A DNA stretch of 63,869 bases, counting the filler, from Atractiella rhizophila (taxonomy: Eukaryota): the NCBI GenBank assembly GCA_021432655.1. It is 4 parts of 4 records of this genome, joined end to end, with 100 filler letters (N's around TTAATTAATTAA, not from the genome) between each part and the next. Parts side by side here need not be neighbours in the genome. Positions count along the whole stretch, not along the records: positions 1 to 26,048 come from MU271338.1; 3 more parts are not named here. The stretch is one strand, 5' to 3'. Within the stretch, counting starts at the first letter, position 1. Each line of letters begins with the position of its first letter. Both the position numbers and the translations under genes were made by a program. The notes beneath the pieces were generated by a model. That model was given only the letters and a program-made list of their open reading frames with translations, had not been told where the DNA came from and searched no databases. Shown here one piece after another: positions 1 to 12,004 of the stretch.

Positions 1-2575
1 AGACGCAGTTGGCTTGACCCTGTCGATCTCCCACTTCCATGTAGAGCACCTTTGCCTCTTCAAATGCCTTCAGAGCATCCTCATTCTTGCCATGGGCATA
101 AAAGCAATGGCCAAGGGACCTTGTCAGCGAACACCTTAGTCTCAACCATTCAGACTCTCTGTGACCCGGAAACAGGGGCATTCCCAGTGCCATGTTCACA
201 ACATGCGTCGCCCGTTGAAACAGTGAAGTTGAGAGCCGATGTTTCAAGCGTAGAAACTCCGATGTCTTCTCCAAATGCTGCAGGATTGGTAAAGGGTTTG
301 ACAGGCATAACATGCTCCTCAGCAGGACATGTTCAAGGTTTGGGTATTGTTTACGGAATTGAAACAGTGCGTGTTGATCCTCGTGGATCTCAAACTGTTG
401 AATATTTGTCTCAGCTTTCTGCATGAGGTGGTATGAAAGAGGCAGCAATGAGGAAGCAAGAGGTATCGAAAATGGTGATTCGGAACGGGAGACACAGTCG
501 TTGAGGTATTCACGAATAGGAGCTAGCATACGGAGAGTGTCTTGGAGACCATTGGCAAGCCCAATCTTCGAAATTACACCGACAACCTTGAAGATATCCT
601 TATGCTCATAAGAACTGGATAGGAGTGTTGACAAATCGTGGTAGGATAAACCGTCAGGCACCCACGACAGGAGGGCAAGCGCAAAAAAACCGCCCTTCCC
701 ATGCTTGCACAGAACCGGAGAATCGAGGGAGAACGATATGGAGGTTTTGAGGGTTATAGTGTCTTTGCTATCCTCATCCCATAAAATGCCAGTCTTTTTC
801 TCTTGCCACTCCCCTACCAATTCCTCGAGTGTCATGGTTGGATCCTCGTTGGCCCGTAGAGCAAATAGCTTGATGGATAAAGCATGGAAGTCCAGCTGTT
901 GAACTAGGCTTCTGACCAGCAGATGTGAGAACTCATCTTCTCGCTGATAAGAATCTGCAAACAGTTCCAGTGCACCGGCTTTCGGCAAACTTCCAACTGA
1001 GACCTTGACAAACTTCACCCACGCCTGCTCCTCCATAGGTGCGAGCTTCTTCACACCTAAAGACTCTACTTGATCTCCCCGATGGGCCACGACGAGCACT
1101 GACCCGCCTGAGTTGTTTGAAAGAAGTGTTCGGAAGAAGTCTCCTTTGTTGTCGTTGTCAGCACGTAGAGGAGTTTCAAAGTTATCCAGAACAAGAAGAC
1201 ATTTTCGACTTCCAAAGTAGGTGGCCACATTCTCCAGTGAGGTCTTGCTAGACTGAGACAGCGCGAAGATATCATTGCAAATGTGATCTGAAAGCCTGGC
1301 AAAGTTGTCAAAGTTGTCACAGCGAACCCAAAAGCGGAGATCTTCTCGAGTGCCTGCGAAGGCCTGCTTGATCTCCTCTGTGTGCAATGTGTTGAGTGCA
1401 ACAGTGGACTTTCCATTTCCAGATCCACCGACAATCGCGACGTGACGGCCGCTAAGGATAGCCTCTCTCGCAAGTTGGATTTCGGCCTCTCGCCCAAAGC
1501 AAGATCCTGGAGGCGGTAACGGAAACCTTCGACGAACTGCAATACGTTCACTGCACACTATCAGAACATCAACACAGTAACAAAACGGGAGGTGAGAGAT
1601 CATACCTTGTACGAGATGGTCAGCAGCATGACGAGCTTCATGACCCATCGCGTCCATATATGCCTTCGTACGACCGACCACGACTTGAGTTCGCTCCCAC
1701 TCTTCCCACTTGATGTCTCCCACTGTATGGACGGAGAAGCGGTGGTAGCGATGACCCAGACGGTGTTCTTGCATCATCATTTTCACCTGATTCGCAACGC
1801 GGGAGCAATCCTCGACGATGGCCTTCACAGCCCGCTCAATCTGAGCCATCGTATGGCCCAATGAGACAGCCTGAGCAAGGCCTGACCCCAAAGATACAAG
1901 ACAGGCAACTTGGCTTCTCTCTCCCCAAATCCTCTTTGACTCGTCAATCGCTAATGCAGCGGGGTTATTGTTTCCCATGGCGACATACTTCGTTTCGTCA
2001 ATGACGATAGGAGGGAAGAAGTCAGGATCAGAGGAAGTTGCTCTTGCTGCCTCCCACACTGCACATTGAGCAGCAAAGCGAGCTGCATGGCGGACGTCGT
2101 ACGTGCGCATCTCTGTCGAAACGACAGCGTCTGATTCGTATCTTGAGACAACGAAAGTTCTGCATCGATCTGCGATCTTGTCATCCTTCATAGGAAGATG
2201 GGACGACGGCACAGATGATGAAGGATGTCGAGCAATGATGTCGTGGAAGACGGCTTCGAGCATCTCCGCAGAGTACACATAGCCTCCTTTTGAGATTGGA
2301 GTTTCTTCGGAGAAGACTTGCTGCACGATCTGTTCGTACGCACGGATGCATTCTCGAACGGTCATTCCCAATCGTCCGAGCATGAGGGCAATCCATCCTC
2401 CTGTAGAAGTGCCACAGATGAGATCGAAAACATCGCAGGGTCGAACCTCTTCTCCTTCGGGAACGGCGAGGAGATCTCCAACTTGGAGCATGATGACTTC
2501 GAGCATGTAAAGCGTGGAAAAGGTACAGATGCCGCCGTTGTCAATAGCGAGGATTCGGACGCCTTGTGGGTTCAT
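1..2575 (-). pseudogene. Patatin-like phospholipase-NB-ARC(STAND)-TPR fungal NLR, frameshifted; 3' end runs off the window
   Basis: Manual minus-strand translation gives patatin (RILAIDNGGI, RPCDVFDLICGTSTGGWIALMLGRLGM, GNNNP), Walker A GGSGNGKS (~1405-1430), Walker B LLVLDNFE (~1180-1200), helical domain (SISFSLDSP..LLSWVPDGL..LRMLAPIREY) and a TPR (GKNEDALKAFEEAKVLYMEVGDRQGQANC, 1-110). Frameshifts near 2520 and 975; the DG of the catalytic DGG motif is missing. Confidence 0.88.
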
Positions 2576-5500
2576 CTTCTTGACATTCTCGGGGACTTGG
2601 AAAATCTTGACGGCTTGAGCTTGGGAGTAGGTGGGGGATGAGAAAGGTGTTGGAGTAGCAGTTCTGGGGGCAACCGGCGATGCGGTACGCGATAGGAAGC
2701 CAAACTGTGGGCCAAAAATTGTCGGTTTGGCGGTCAGGAAATGGCTGGGTTGAGAGTGCGGCTGCAGTACTGAAAGATTTTGAACTCCGACGCCTTCATC
2801 AGACGGTGGAACTTGTCGCGAACCGGCGGTGAATCCGTTGTCGTCATCAGATAAATTCCCAGGATCTTCATTGTCGCTGGGATTTAATGAAGAAGGCTTA
2901 GGCGTCTTTCCGAAGGCTGAGACGTCCATCGCCTAGAGCACGAGATGAAATCGATGACAATTGACCGAGAACTCCTCGTTGAACGTGAGATACGAAACTG
3001 AGGAAATAGGTCAGATCTGGACTAGAGCTACAAGGAGGGAGAGCAGCGAAAGGATACGTGAAACTGACTCTGAAGAAGAGGAAGAAGAAATAAGGAATAC
3101 AGTAGACAGCATTCCGATCCAAAGATCTACACGCATGGAAGAACATCCTTACGAACGTGAGGACGTAAGGATAAGAAGGGGAGGTCAACTTAGGGCAACT
3201 TGAACCATTTGTCAAATTGCAAGACCGAGGAACGAACGCTAGGAACAAGAAAGATGTCACGATGAACCAAGATCTCTTGCCTGAGAATTGCAGTTGTGGA
3301 TATGTGTTTGAGTTTGAGACAATGGAGATATGAAGGCTGCACAACTCGAATATCGAATTGGCAAGAGAGAGCACATCTCTCATCTCATCGTCGACAAGGC
3401 AAGAGTCAATAAAGACTCACTTTCTTCGACGGATCGTGTAGCAACAACCAACTGCTGGCACTTGACACTCGACGCGCAAAATCCAGGAACCAGGTTGCTC
3501 TCCCTGACAGCGTGAGAGAGGTGAGAGAGATGAGATCGATGAGAGATGCAGAGTGTTCGTTGATGGATGCAGACAAGGCTGGTTCCATTCCAGAAAGCCC
3601 TTGTTCATTCAAGTATTCAATATCATCCCACATCCTAAAGATGCATCGCCTTCAGGTTTACGTGAGCCAGAAGCCCAATGAGCAGGAGAGTTTCAGTGAT
3701 GGCGGGCGACAGCAGTGTCCAAAAATGACAACTGCAACTAGTAGAGTAGTATCCTGATAGACATCCACCAGCATTATGCATCCATGCTGATATCGCGGCT
3801 TCAAGTTAGGATGGCTTTACCTGCTGTTTATGCTTTATGCTTTAGCTTTGGAGTCAGTTGGAGCAAGTTGGAGTATCTATTTCATGCTTCTGATATAGTC
3901 GAGTTCCATGAACCCCTTTTCTCATGGCTCCTCACCGAAAGAGTGGAAAGCGGGATGCTGGGAACGTAGCCTTCATATTTAAGCCTCTCTCGTTTCCTCT
4001 CCATTTCCTTCCCTCCATCGGGCAATCTCACTAGAATAATCATTCGAACATGTTCCTCAATGCAATGGCAAGTCCACACTACGAGACCTAGTCCAGAGAG
4101 TTAGAAACCGTTACAAGCCACCTCTTTCGCGGTAACATCTGTAGGGTTGGCTGCTGTTACTGGAGAGGGAGGAGGAAAAGGAGCTAGGTTTTGAGGACTA
4201 TTCAGGGGTGGGAGGAGAGGCGAGGGGAGTTGAGCTAGAGGGAGTGAGGTAGGTAGAAGGGGCCACGGGAGGAGAGGTTTTGTGATTGTTGTCCGTCGAA
4301 GCCTAAGCATGGGAGGGAGCACAGACGGAAGCGGAAGCCATAGGAGCGTACTCTCTAGGTGTGACGTGGCAGGGATGTGGACTCGTTGTGGCGAGGAGGG
4401 GAAAAGGGCTGTTAGAGAGGGCCGCGGCACTAAGAGTGGTAGGGAAGCTTTCTCCTGCCGCTCCGAAGCTGTTATGGTGGCATCTCCTTGTCCCGCCCTG
4501 GATCGCGGAACGAGTTCTGAGGTCCAACCCTCAGCCTGCGCGCTTCGAACGCCCTCTGCCTCCTCCGCCGGAGATACTGTCCCAACTTCAGGGAAAGACG
4601 GCCAAACTCCTCCCCTGCCGACGCGTACCCAGGCAAAGGACTAGCACCTGGCCTCCTCTTACTTTTTTCTCTTCAACCTCCCTCCCTCCCTCCACACCTC
4701 TCCACGCCTCTCTCTCCCTCTCTCCACCTCTCCCTCTCTCGCGACCTCTCCCGAGATACCTACCTAACCTAGCTTACTCCCCACTACATCACGGCTATCT
4801 CTCTCCTAAACCAGAGTCAGAGCTTCCACCCGTCCCGCTTGAGCCTTCAGCGGGTCTGTCCTGGACGTAGTTTGACAGGGAAATCAGTCATGCACATGAT
4901 AGCTTCTGCCAAGCAACTTTTCAAGATAAAGCTAGCTTCTCTGCTTTCTTTCTCCCTAACTTCTGTGTGGAGAACCCGCCGGACTTTATGTCACTGAGGG
5001 GTGGTGAAGGACACGAGAAAGAAAGGTAGCGAGCGGTCTACCCTATTACGAGAGTATCCTAGGAGTTAGAGAGGCAGCAGCGGGTACTCATCGGTTAGCT
5101 CCCTCCTTCCTGGTCGTAGTGGTCCACCTGGCCCGATAAGTGTAATAGTAACCAGTCAATGCTGCATTATACTTACTTGTCCCTGACTTACTTCTTTTTT
5201 CCCTACTTTGAGTGTACGTCCTGCTCCTGCTCTACTAAGAGGGTCTACTGGAACCCTTGAGAGGACCAATTCTTACCTCGCTCATACTGCAGACCGGATC
5301 GCTCAAGCTGCCGGAGATAGTAGGAGAGAAGCGAGCAGGGTTAAAGTTGGCAGTGGACTCCTGCCTCCCAACACAAGGGATGTGAAAAGGAGGCAGTTCA
5401 ACCAACGAAAGTAGACGAGGACGAGAAGGCGACTGCCCTCCTTCCCTTCCAACCTGCCCGCCAACCTCGCTCCCTCCTCTCTTCACCTCCACTGACTCGC

Positions 5501-5960
5501 TCTCTCCCCTTCCCTCTCAGGCTGCCACCTTCATCTCGCCCTCACCCTCTCTGCCTCACTAACCGCCGCGCGTAGACGCTTCTTATAAAAGCTCAAAGCG
5601 ACACCGCAGCCACCGCTACCTCTGCCACCACTCCAGCTACAACCCTCCGACTTCTACCTCAAGACCTCCACCTACACCTCCCGACCCGCTCCCTCAACAT
5701 ACGACACTGCTCGTACTCCTTAGAACTCTCCACGAAGGAGGTACAGCCATAGGGACATAGCGATAAGCTTTACTGNNNNNNNNNNNNNNNNNNNNNNNNN
5801 NNNNNNNNNNNNNNNNNNNNNNNNNNNNNNNNNNNNNNNNNNNNNNNNNNNNNNNNNNNNNNNNNNNNNNNNNNNNNNNNNNNNNNNNNNNNNNNNNNNN
5901 NNNNNNNNNNNNNNNNNNNNNNNNNNNNNNNNNNNNNNNNNNNNNNNNNNNNNNNNNNNN

Positions 5961-8174
5961 CCCACCCTGGCCCACTTGCGTGGGAATGCCTCGGCTGGAG
6001 GAGTGGCTCTGGCGGCTGCGTGTTCGATGGTATGGATGGAGAACAGTGTAGTTTTGAATCCAAGCTACAGGTCTATGGGGTTGTACGGGAGCGAGTACCA
6101 TACCTTCAGCTATCGGGGGCGAATGGGGGGAGAGGTGAGCAAGAAGGTGTGTGTGGGATGTAAGCCGATGGGAGCGCGTGAGGCGGAACAGCTAGGGTTG
6201 GTTGATCTCGTCCTCAGCGCTGGAGAGGAGATGTGGATTCGCATCCGCACCTTAATTTCCGAAGGAGGAGGCAGGACCGGATGCGCGCCATGGGTGACGC
6301 GGGATCGAACACGCCTGGCGAGTCTGGAAGATATGGTCCTTGCCGCTAGAGAGCTAGATCCTAAGGACAGGGAGGAGGAGCTGGAACTGTTCGTTGAGGA
6401 AGAGATGAGGCAGATGCGCTTGTGCTTTTTCGCCACGGGAGAGAGGAGCGAGAGGTACCATGATCGCAGAAGGAGATTTGTGAGGAAGATCGAGGCACAG
6501 AGGACGCCTTTTAGGCTGGCTAAGCACAGGAGGAGAGCGGGCTGGGAGGAAGATTGGAAGGTTGGTTTTGTCCTGCCTTTCTATTCATTTGCTTATTTTC
6601 TGTTGCTTGGGATGCAGGAGAGAAAAGACGAAGAGGAGGATGAACATTGGTTTAACGACCCTCCAGAGGAGATCACGCGCACGTTGTCAGATACAGATCT
6701 TCCAGAGGCAGATTCCAATCGATACCTTAACGAGAATGCGATGCCGCATCTTTCATTCGAGCACGAAACCAATCATGTCGACCTGGGAGCGACGGCAGAG
6801 AGAGAACTCGAGAAGACGCCGGGATTCCAGGAAGGAGAGATCGGGTCTGTTGAGGATACCATGGAGCAGGAGAAGATTTCGTCGTCTCAGCATTCTGGAA
6901 CTCAAGTGAATGGAAAGGAGCTTCGTCTGGACGAGGAGGAGGAGAATAACCTGCAGTTCACTGTTTCACATCCGGAGCACGAGTGTAGCCATTGCGAACC
7001 TAAGGCCGCTACGGAGTCCGCTCCAGAAGAGAACGCAACTACGCCCATCGAAGAATTACCCGACTCTCCTCTGCTGAGAAGGAGACCTCCTGAGGTTTCA
7101 GAGGATATAGTGGCGCTGAAGCAAACTCTTCTCGAAAGTGCGGTGGTGACGCAGACCCCGAGCATAGGAAGAATGGATGTAACCTTACCTTCTAAACCTC
7201 TACGTCCTCGTACCCCGAAGAGCCCCACTGAACGCATCCCTGCGCCGGCTCTCATACCACTTCCCCCTTCAGCGACGCATCTCGATAGCCAACCAAGTTT
7301 CCTGGATCTCGCTGGGACACCAACAAACGATCGAATCACACTTCATCAAGGCGACTCGTTCCCTGTTCCCCCGCCTCCCAATCCTACACCCGTCAAGTGC
7401 CAGAATGGAGAAACATCAGAGCTCACTTCTAATGGACCTCAAAATCCCGACATGGTAGCAATGATAGCGAATGCGAAACCCTTGGATCCTGCCGGCGTGC
7501 TCGAAGAGAGGCATGAGAGACGAGGGAACAACCTGAGCGCCAGCGGACACTCCCAGAGGCCAACCGCCTCCTCTGGCGTCTCGATTCATTCTCCCGACAG
7601 CATTTCGCCGCCTTCCATCTCGATCCCTACTTCGCGTCCTTCAGCCAGAGACCGAAGCCCATCTCGCGTCTACATATTGCAAAATCATAATTCTAGGAAG
7701 AGAACAGTCTCGACTAGTGAGGCAACGACAACTTCGACACCGTCGCATTCGAGAAAACGATCTGGTTTCAGAACGATGATTAGAAATCTATTCCATAAAA
7801 ATTCTGGCAAATCTAGTGTCAATTCCGTTGCAGACGCGGTACCTCTTGTGCCTCCTTTACCCCATTCAAAAACTTTCGATCAGGCATCTGTCACTGTCCT
7901 CCGTAGTCCCCCTCTCCTTTCAATGGAGGAATTGGCAAAGCTCCAACCAAGCTCTTTGGCAAGAAGGAGATCATTGGACGCCAGACCTAGCAGCAGCAGG
8001 CTAGACGGCGCATCATCGGATGCAAGAACCCAGAATCGTAGAACGGTTGTGATTGTACATGACGATCCAGAATGCCCTTTAGGGGATGTTGACATCAACG
8101 AGTTAAAGGGTGGAGACAGCACTATTTGGAGGTGCTATAACTCGGCACAAGAGAATGGGAGGTATGTTGATTGA
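5961..8174 (+). CDS. HypX/HoxX-like protein (C-terminal enoyl-CoA hydratase/crotonase domain) with a long disordered C-terminal tail; 5' part in the gap
   Basis: GNASAGGVALAAAC..VVLNPSYRSMGLYGSEYHTF..PMGAREAEQLGLVD matches the HoxX/HypX signature GNAGAGG..LNPHY..MG.LYGSE. Probable in-frame 57-nt intron 6561-6617 (GT..CAG). About 500 aa of S/P/E-rich tail follows. Confidence 0.8.
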   Translation, partial: PTLAHLRGNASAGGVALAAACSMVWMENSVVLNPSYRSMGLYGSEYHTFSYRGRMGGEVSKKVCVGCKPMGAREAEQLGLVDLVLSAGEEMWIRIRTLISEGGGRTGCAPWVTRDRTRLASLEDMVLAARELDPKDREEELELFVEEEMRQMRLCFFATGERSERYHDRRRRFVRKIEAQRTPFRLAKHRRRAGWEEDWKVGFVLPFYSFAYFLLLGMQERKDEEEDEHWFNDPPEEITRTLSDTDLPEADSNRYLNENAMPHLSFEHETNHVDLGATAERELEKTPGFQEGEIGSVEDTMEQEKISSSQHSGTQVNGKELRLDEEEENNLQFTVSHPEHECSHCEPKAATESAPEENATTPIEELPDSPLLRRRPPEVSEDIVALKQTLLESAVVTQTPSIGRMDVTLPSKPLRPRTPKSPTERIPAPALIPLPPSATHLDSQPSFLDLAGTPTNDRITLHQGDSFPVPPPPNPTPVKCQNGETSELTSNGPQNPDMVAMIANAKPLDPAGVLEERHERRGNNLSASGHSQRPTASSGVSIHSPDSISPPSISIPTSRPSARDRSPSRVYILQNHNSRKRTVSTSEATTTSTPSHSRKRSGFRTMIRNLFHKNSGKSSVNSVADAVPLVPPLPHSKTFDQASVTVLRSPPLLSMEELAKLQPSSLARRRSLDARPSSSRLDGASSDARTQNRRTVVIVHDDPECPLGDVDINELKGGDSTIWRCYNSAQENGRYVD

Positions 8175-8544
8175 ATGTGTTGTAGTAATCCGTTGGAGTT
8201 TTCTGTTCCATCCATCCCCTAAAGCATTCAGCAAGCCTTAGCAATAGTTTGTCACATATTCATTGTATATAGAGAACCAAAAAGAACGATTCAAATGATA
8301 TTCTATTAGCACTAACAGACTCGTTGATTCCTTCCTGAGGGCCAGATTGTCCATACAACGATTTCAACTTGCAACTGAACACAAATAAAAATACACATCC
8401 ATGGGTATGCACATTGAATCAAAAGATGGACAGAAAGCCGAAATGAAAATTAGGAGGGTTCCTCCAGAGCGTTTTCGATGGGCTAAACTAATGGGCAGCT
8501 GGAATACAGGTGTCCATTGACAGAATACGGCGCGGAATACAACC

Positions 8545-9957
8545 TCAATAGGGGTCGTGACGATAATTTTGCGTAAGTTGATTGGCGGCATAGTAGCCAA
8601 ATGTGCTGCCATATGTTGCTGAAGGGGACGTCAGCAAGGAGCACGAGCAAACGACTAAAATCCTCACGATACACGAGTCGGGCTCGAGCCGCCGTCACAG
8701 AATCAAGGATGGGGATCATGAAACCTAAGCAGTTACTTCAGTCGCCTGAATGAATGTCAGGAGAGTGGATACTGACCTCCAATTTTCGCTCCGTTGTCTT
8801 CCATATTCTTCCAGTCTGCAATCTGCCGCACTTCCTCTCCAAGCGGATGATCCAGTTGGGCCATATCGTTGAATGTGAAGAGGCAAGGAAAGGTGGCATA
8901 AAATTTGGCTATGTTTTCGTCTTCTGCAGGATGGCGCGCATCAGTGGCCATCCATACCGGCTGGTTGAAGGGCTGGAGAAGAGGATTTGTGTGGAGAGGT
9001 GCGTGACATTCAAGCGTCGGAATGCTAATGTTTTCGGCAGGGGGTGACAGGATATCGCGACGTCGAAGTCTCTTCTCCATCGATACAGAACCAAGGAGCA
9101 TTTGGGACACATCCTGCACTACAGGCTTGACAGCTGAAGAATTTTGTTCGAAAACTGGAGTATCATCCTCCAGCGGATCCTCATACCAGCTCCAAGCCGA
9201 TTCAGTTCCTCCTAGACTCTTCCCACGCCATCTAGGGAGGAGACTGCGTTTACGATGATGCGAGAGACGTCGCTGCTTCATTAGCCGTTCTGACTCCAAT
9301 TCGCGCAGTAAAGCCATCGTTTGCTGAAATTTCGATTCATCCAAGGATTCAGAGCCGTTCGAATCGTCAAGGATTCCTCGGACCGTCCGCTCCCACAGTT
9401 CCTTCATATTCGCCACAACATTTGTTTTGAAAGACTTCACAACACTGTTTCAGGGATACTGTTTAAGATGGGTATAGAAAAAAAACCCACCCCATCTCCT
9501 ACTCGTACCAATATGCTCAAGTATCCTTTCTTCAAATTCCCAACCTTCATTCTCCAACCAGTCTCCCTTACACTTCTCGCTATCCACTTAGATATTCTGT
9601 TGATTTTTGGCTGATCGATTATGAGTCGCCCATTGTAATAAGGAGGGCGATGAGGGCCACCAATCTCAATTCGAGTGGAACCAAATATCGAGCCAAGAAG
9701 GAGAAGCTTCTGAGGCACTTCAGCCAGTGCTCTGAGATTGACGGTGCGACGAAATTTAGAGTCAACTCCTGGTGGGATGGGGGAGATGAGAGGCAGAGAA
9801 TGGTCACGAGGCAATGAGAATTGGAGATCGTATGGAAAGCCTTCATCTGCGAGAATGAACTGTTCATGGTTCTAGAGTCAGTAAAACAATAACAATATGC
9901 AAAAATTAAAATGTACAATATCCTTATTAGGATCTCCTCCACCAGCATCAAACAAAG
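8545..9957 (-). CDS. O-fucosyltransferase-like (GT-B) protein, multi-exon, 5' end in the gap
   Basis: Spliced ORFs 9437-9814, 8757-9440 and 8483-8719 give LRALAE..LLLLGSIFGSTR, YLSILVRVGDG, VWMATDA, FPCLFTFND, IPILDSVTAARA and a final exon PTYGSTFGYY..TGA (8545). These resemble the RxGD, ATD and STF motifs of the family. Confidence 0.65.
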
Positions 9958-12004
9958 NNNNNNNNNNNNNNNNNNNNNNNNNNNNNNNNNNNNNNNNNNN
10001 NNNNNNNNNNNNNNNNNNNNNNNNNNNNNNNNNNNNNNNNNNNNNNNNNNNNNNNNNNNNNNNNNNNNNNNNNNNNNNNNNNNNNNNNNNNNNNNNNNNN
10101 NNNNNNNNNNNNNNNNNNNNNNNNNNNNNNNNNNNNNNNNNNNNNNNNNNNNNNNNNNNNNNNNNNNNNNNNNNNNNNNNNNNNNNNNNNNNNNNNNNNN
10201 NNNNNNNNNNNNNNNNNNNNNNNNNNNNNNNNNNNNNNNNNNNNNNNNNNNNNNNNNNNNNNNNNNNNNNNNNNNNNNNNNNNNNNNNNNNNNNNNNNNN
10301 NNNNNNNNNNNNNNNNNNNNNNNNNNNNNNNNNNNNNNNNNNNNNNNNNNNNNNNNNNNNNNNNNNNNNNNNNNNNNNNNNNNNNNNNNNNNNNNNNNNN
10401 NNNNNNNNNNNNNNNNNNNNNNNNNNNNNNNNNNNNNNNNNNNNNNNNNNNNNNNNNNNNNNNNNNNNNNNNNNNNNNNNNNNNNNNNNNNNNNNNNNNN
10501 NNNNNNNNNNNNNNNNNNNNNNNNNNNNNNNNNNNNNNNNNNNNNNNNNNNNNNNNNNNNNNNNNNNNNNNNNNNNNNNNNNNNNNNNNNNNNNNNNNNN
10601 NNNNNNNNNNNNNNNNNNNNNNNNNNNNNNNNNNNNNNNNNNNNNNNNNNNNNNNNNNNNNNNNNNNNNNNNNNNNNNNNNNNNNNNNNNNNNNNNNNNN
10701 NNNNNNNNNNNNNNNNNNNNNNNNNNNNNNNNNNNNNNNNNNNNNNNNNNNNNNNNNNNNNNNNNNNNNNNNNNNNNNNNNNNNNNNNNNNNNNNNNNNN
10801 NNNNNNNNNNNNNNNNNNNNNNNNNNNNNNNNNNNNNNNNNNNNNNNNNNNNNNNNNNNNNNNNNNNNNNNNNNNNNNNNNNNNNNNNNNNNNNNNNNNN
10901 NNNNNNNNNNNNNNNNNNNNNNNNNNNNNNNNNNNNNNNNNNAGAGATACCAAACAATCGCTTGTGGACCTTGTAAGCTGGCCACCAAAAAAGAAACCAC
11001 TATCTTCTATTGGCGACTGTTTTGGACAAAGAAAGCGAGTTTTGTCCTGCCTAGCCAAGAAGGACAAGAGCGCCATTGAGTCAATGGCATTCCGTTTATG
11101 ATTCCTACAAGCTTTCATGCCTTCTGCAAGCTCACCCCGAGTAATCAGACACCGCGAAGGCACCAGTGTGCCAGACGTTCAGAGATGCTGGGAATGGGAA
11201 GAAGAAGAAGAAGAGAAAACATTCATTCTCGGTTCCGGCGGCACAAGGACTTTGGTATGTGTGAATGGAATGAACTCTATTCAAAAAAAATTGAAAATTG
11301 GATGCCCAGCTTGAGCGGGTCAGCAGGGAATCTGGAGGCGCTGAACACCCTTAATTATAAAGTCTGTGGGCTTATGACGTCTAGGTGAGTGTGAAGGCGA
11401 CATCGTTTGAGTTCACTTGTGAGCGAAAGCTCAGTGTTCACAACAATTTTACTCTGAAAAGTCACAACCGCTTCTATATTCTATTTTGAGTGGAACGCTC
11501 CTGATTAGTACTAGCCAAGCGCCAGATCAAATTCTCAAGTTTTCAAGCCGAATAGGTCAACAAGCATGTACATCGTACTTGTGCGGCAGGCTCATCGGGC
11601 AGGCAGGGTGGATGGGGAATATTTTACGAACCAAACCGAGTTCCCACAGCTGGCATAAACTTTTGTTACCGTTATGGTGTTGGTCCTGTGGTAGACCGGA
11701 GACGGAGACTCCACGGAGGGCATCAAGGTGTGAGAGCCCCGACCTCCCTAACACCTTTTTCTATTGTTGTCACTAGTATGCTCCGTCTTATTGCTGTAAT
11801 GCCATGTTAGAGGGTTATTTGGACTTTGAATTTAGCGCTGTGACCATCCTTCCGCGCGAAAGGACGAGCTAGATTCGTTTCAGGATTCTCTTAGGTTCTG
11901 TATATAGACAAGACAGGCCTCACATTTCCTTCCTCAACCTGATCTTCACCTCGGCTCTCCCTCAGTGAACACTCTTTTGAATACCTACAGTCATTGATTT
12001 GAAG

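Noticed and set aside
2640..3760. Possible degenerate minus-strand gene upstream of the NLR; checked as an NLR partner or amyloid-motif gene
   Set aside because: Broken frames; no recognisable domain or amyloid repeat motif.
4080..5775. CT/GA-rich region with many TAG triplets: RIP-like mutated TE or the missing HypX N-terminus (VVVH/PGPI near 5120)
   Set aside because: Stop density is near random, there is no domain signature, and surrounding residues do not match the formyltransferase domain.
9619..11163. Long ORFs spanning N gaps (also 5694-6101 and 59036-59673)
   Set aside because: Artefacts of translating Ns.
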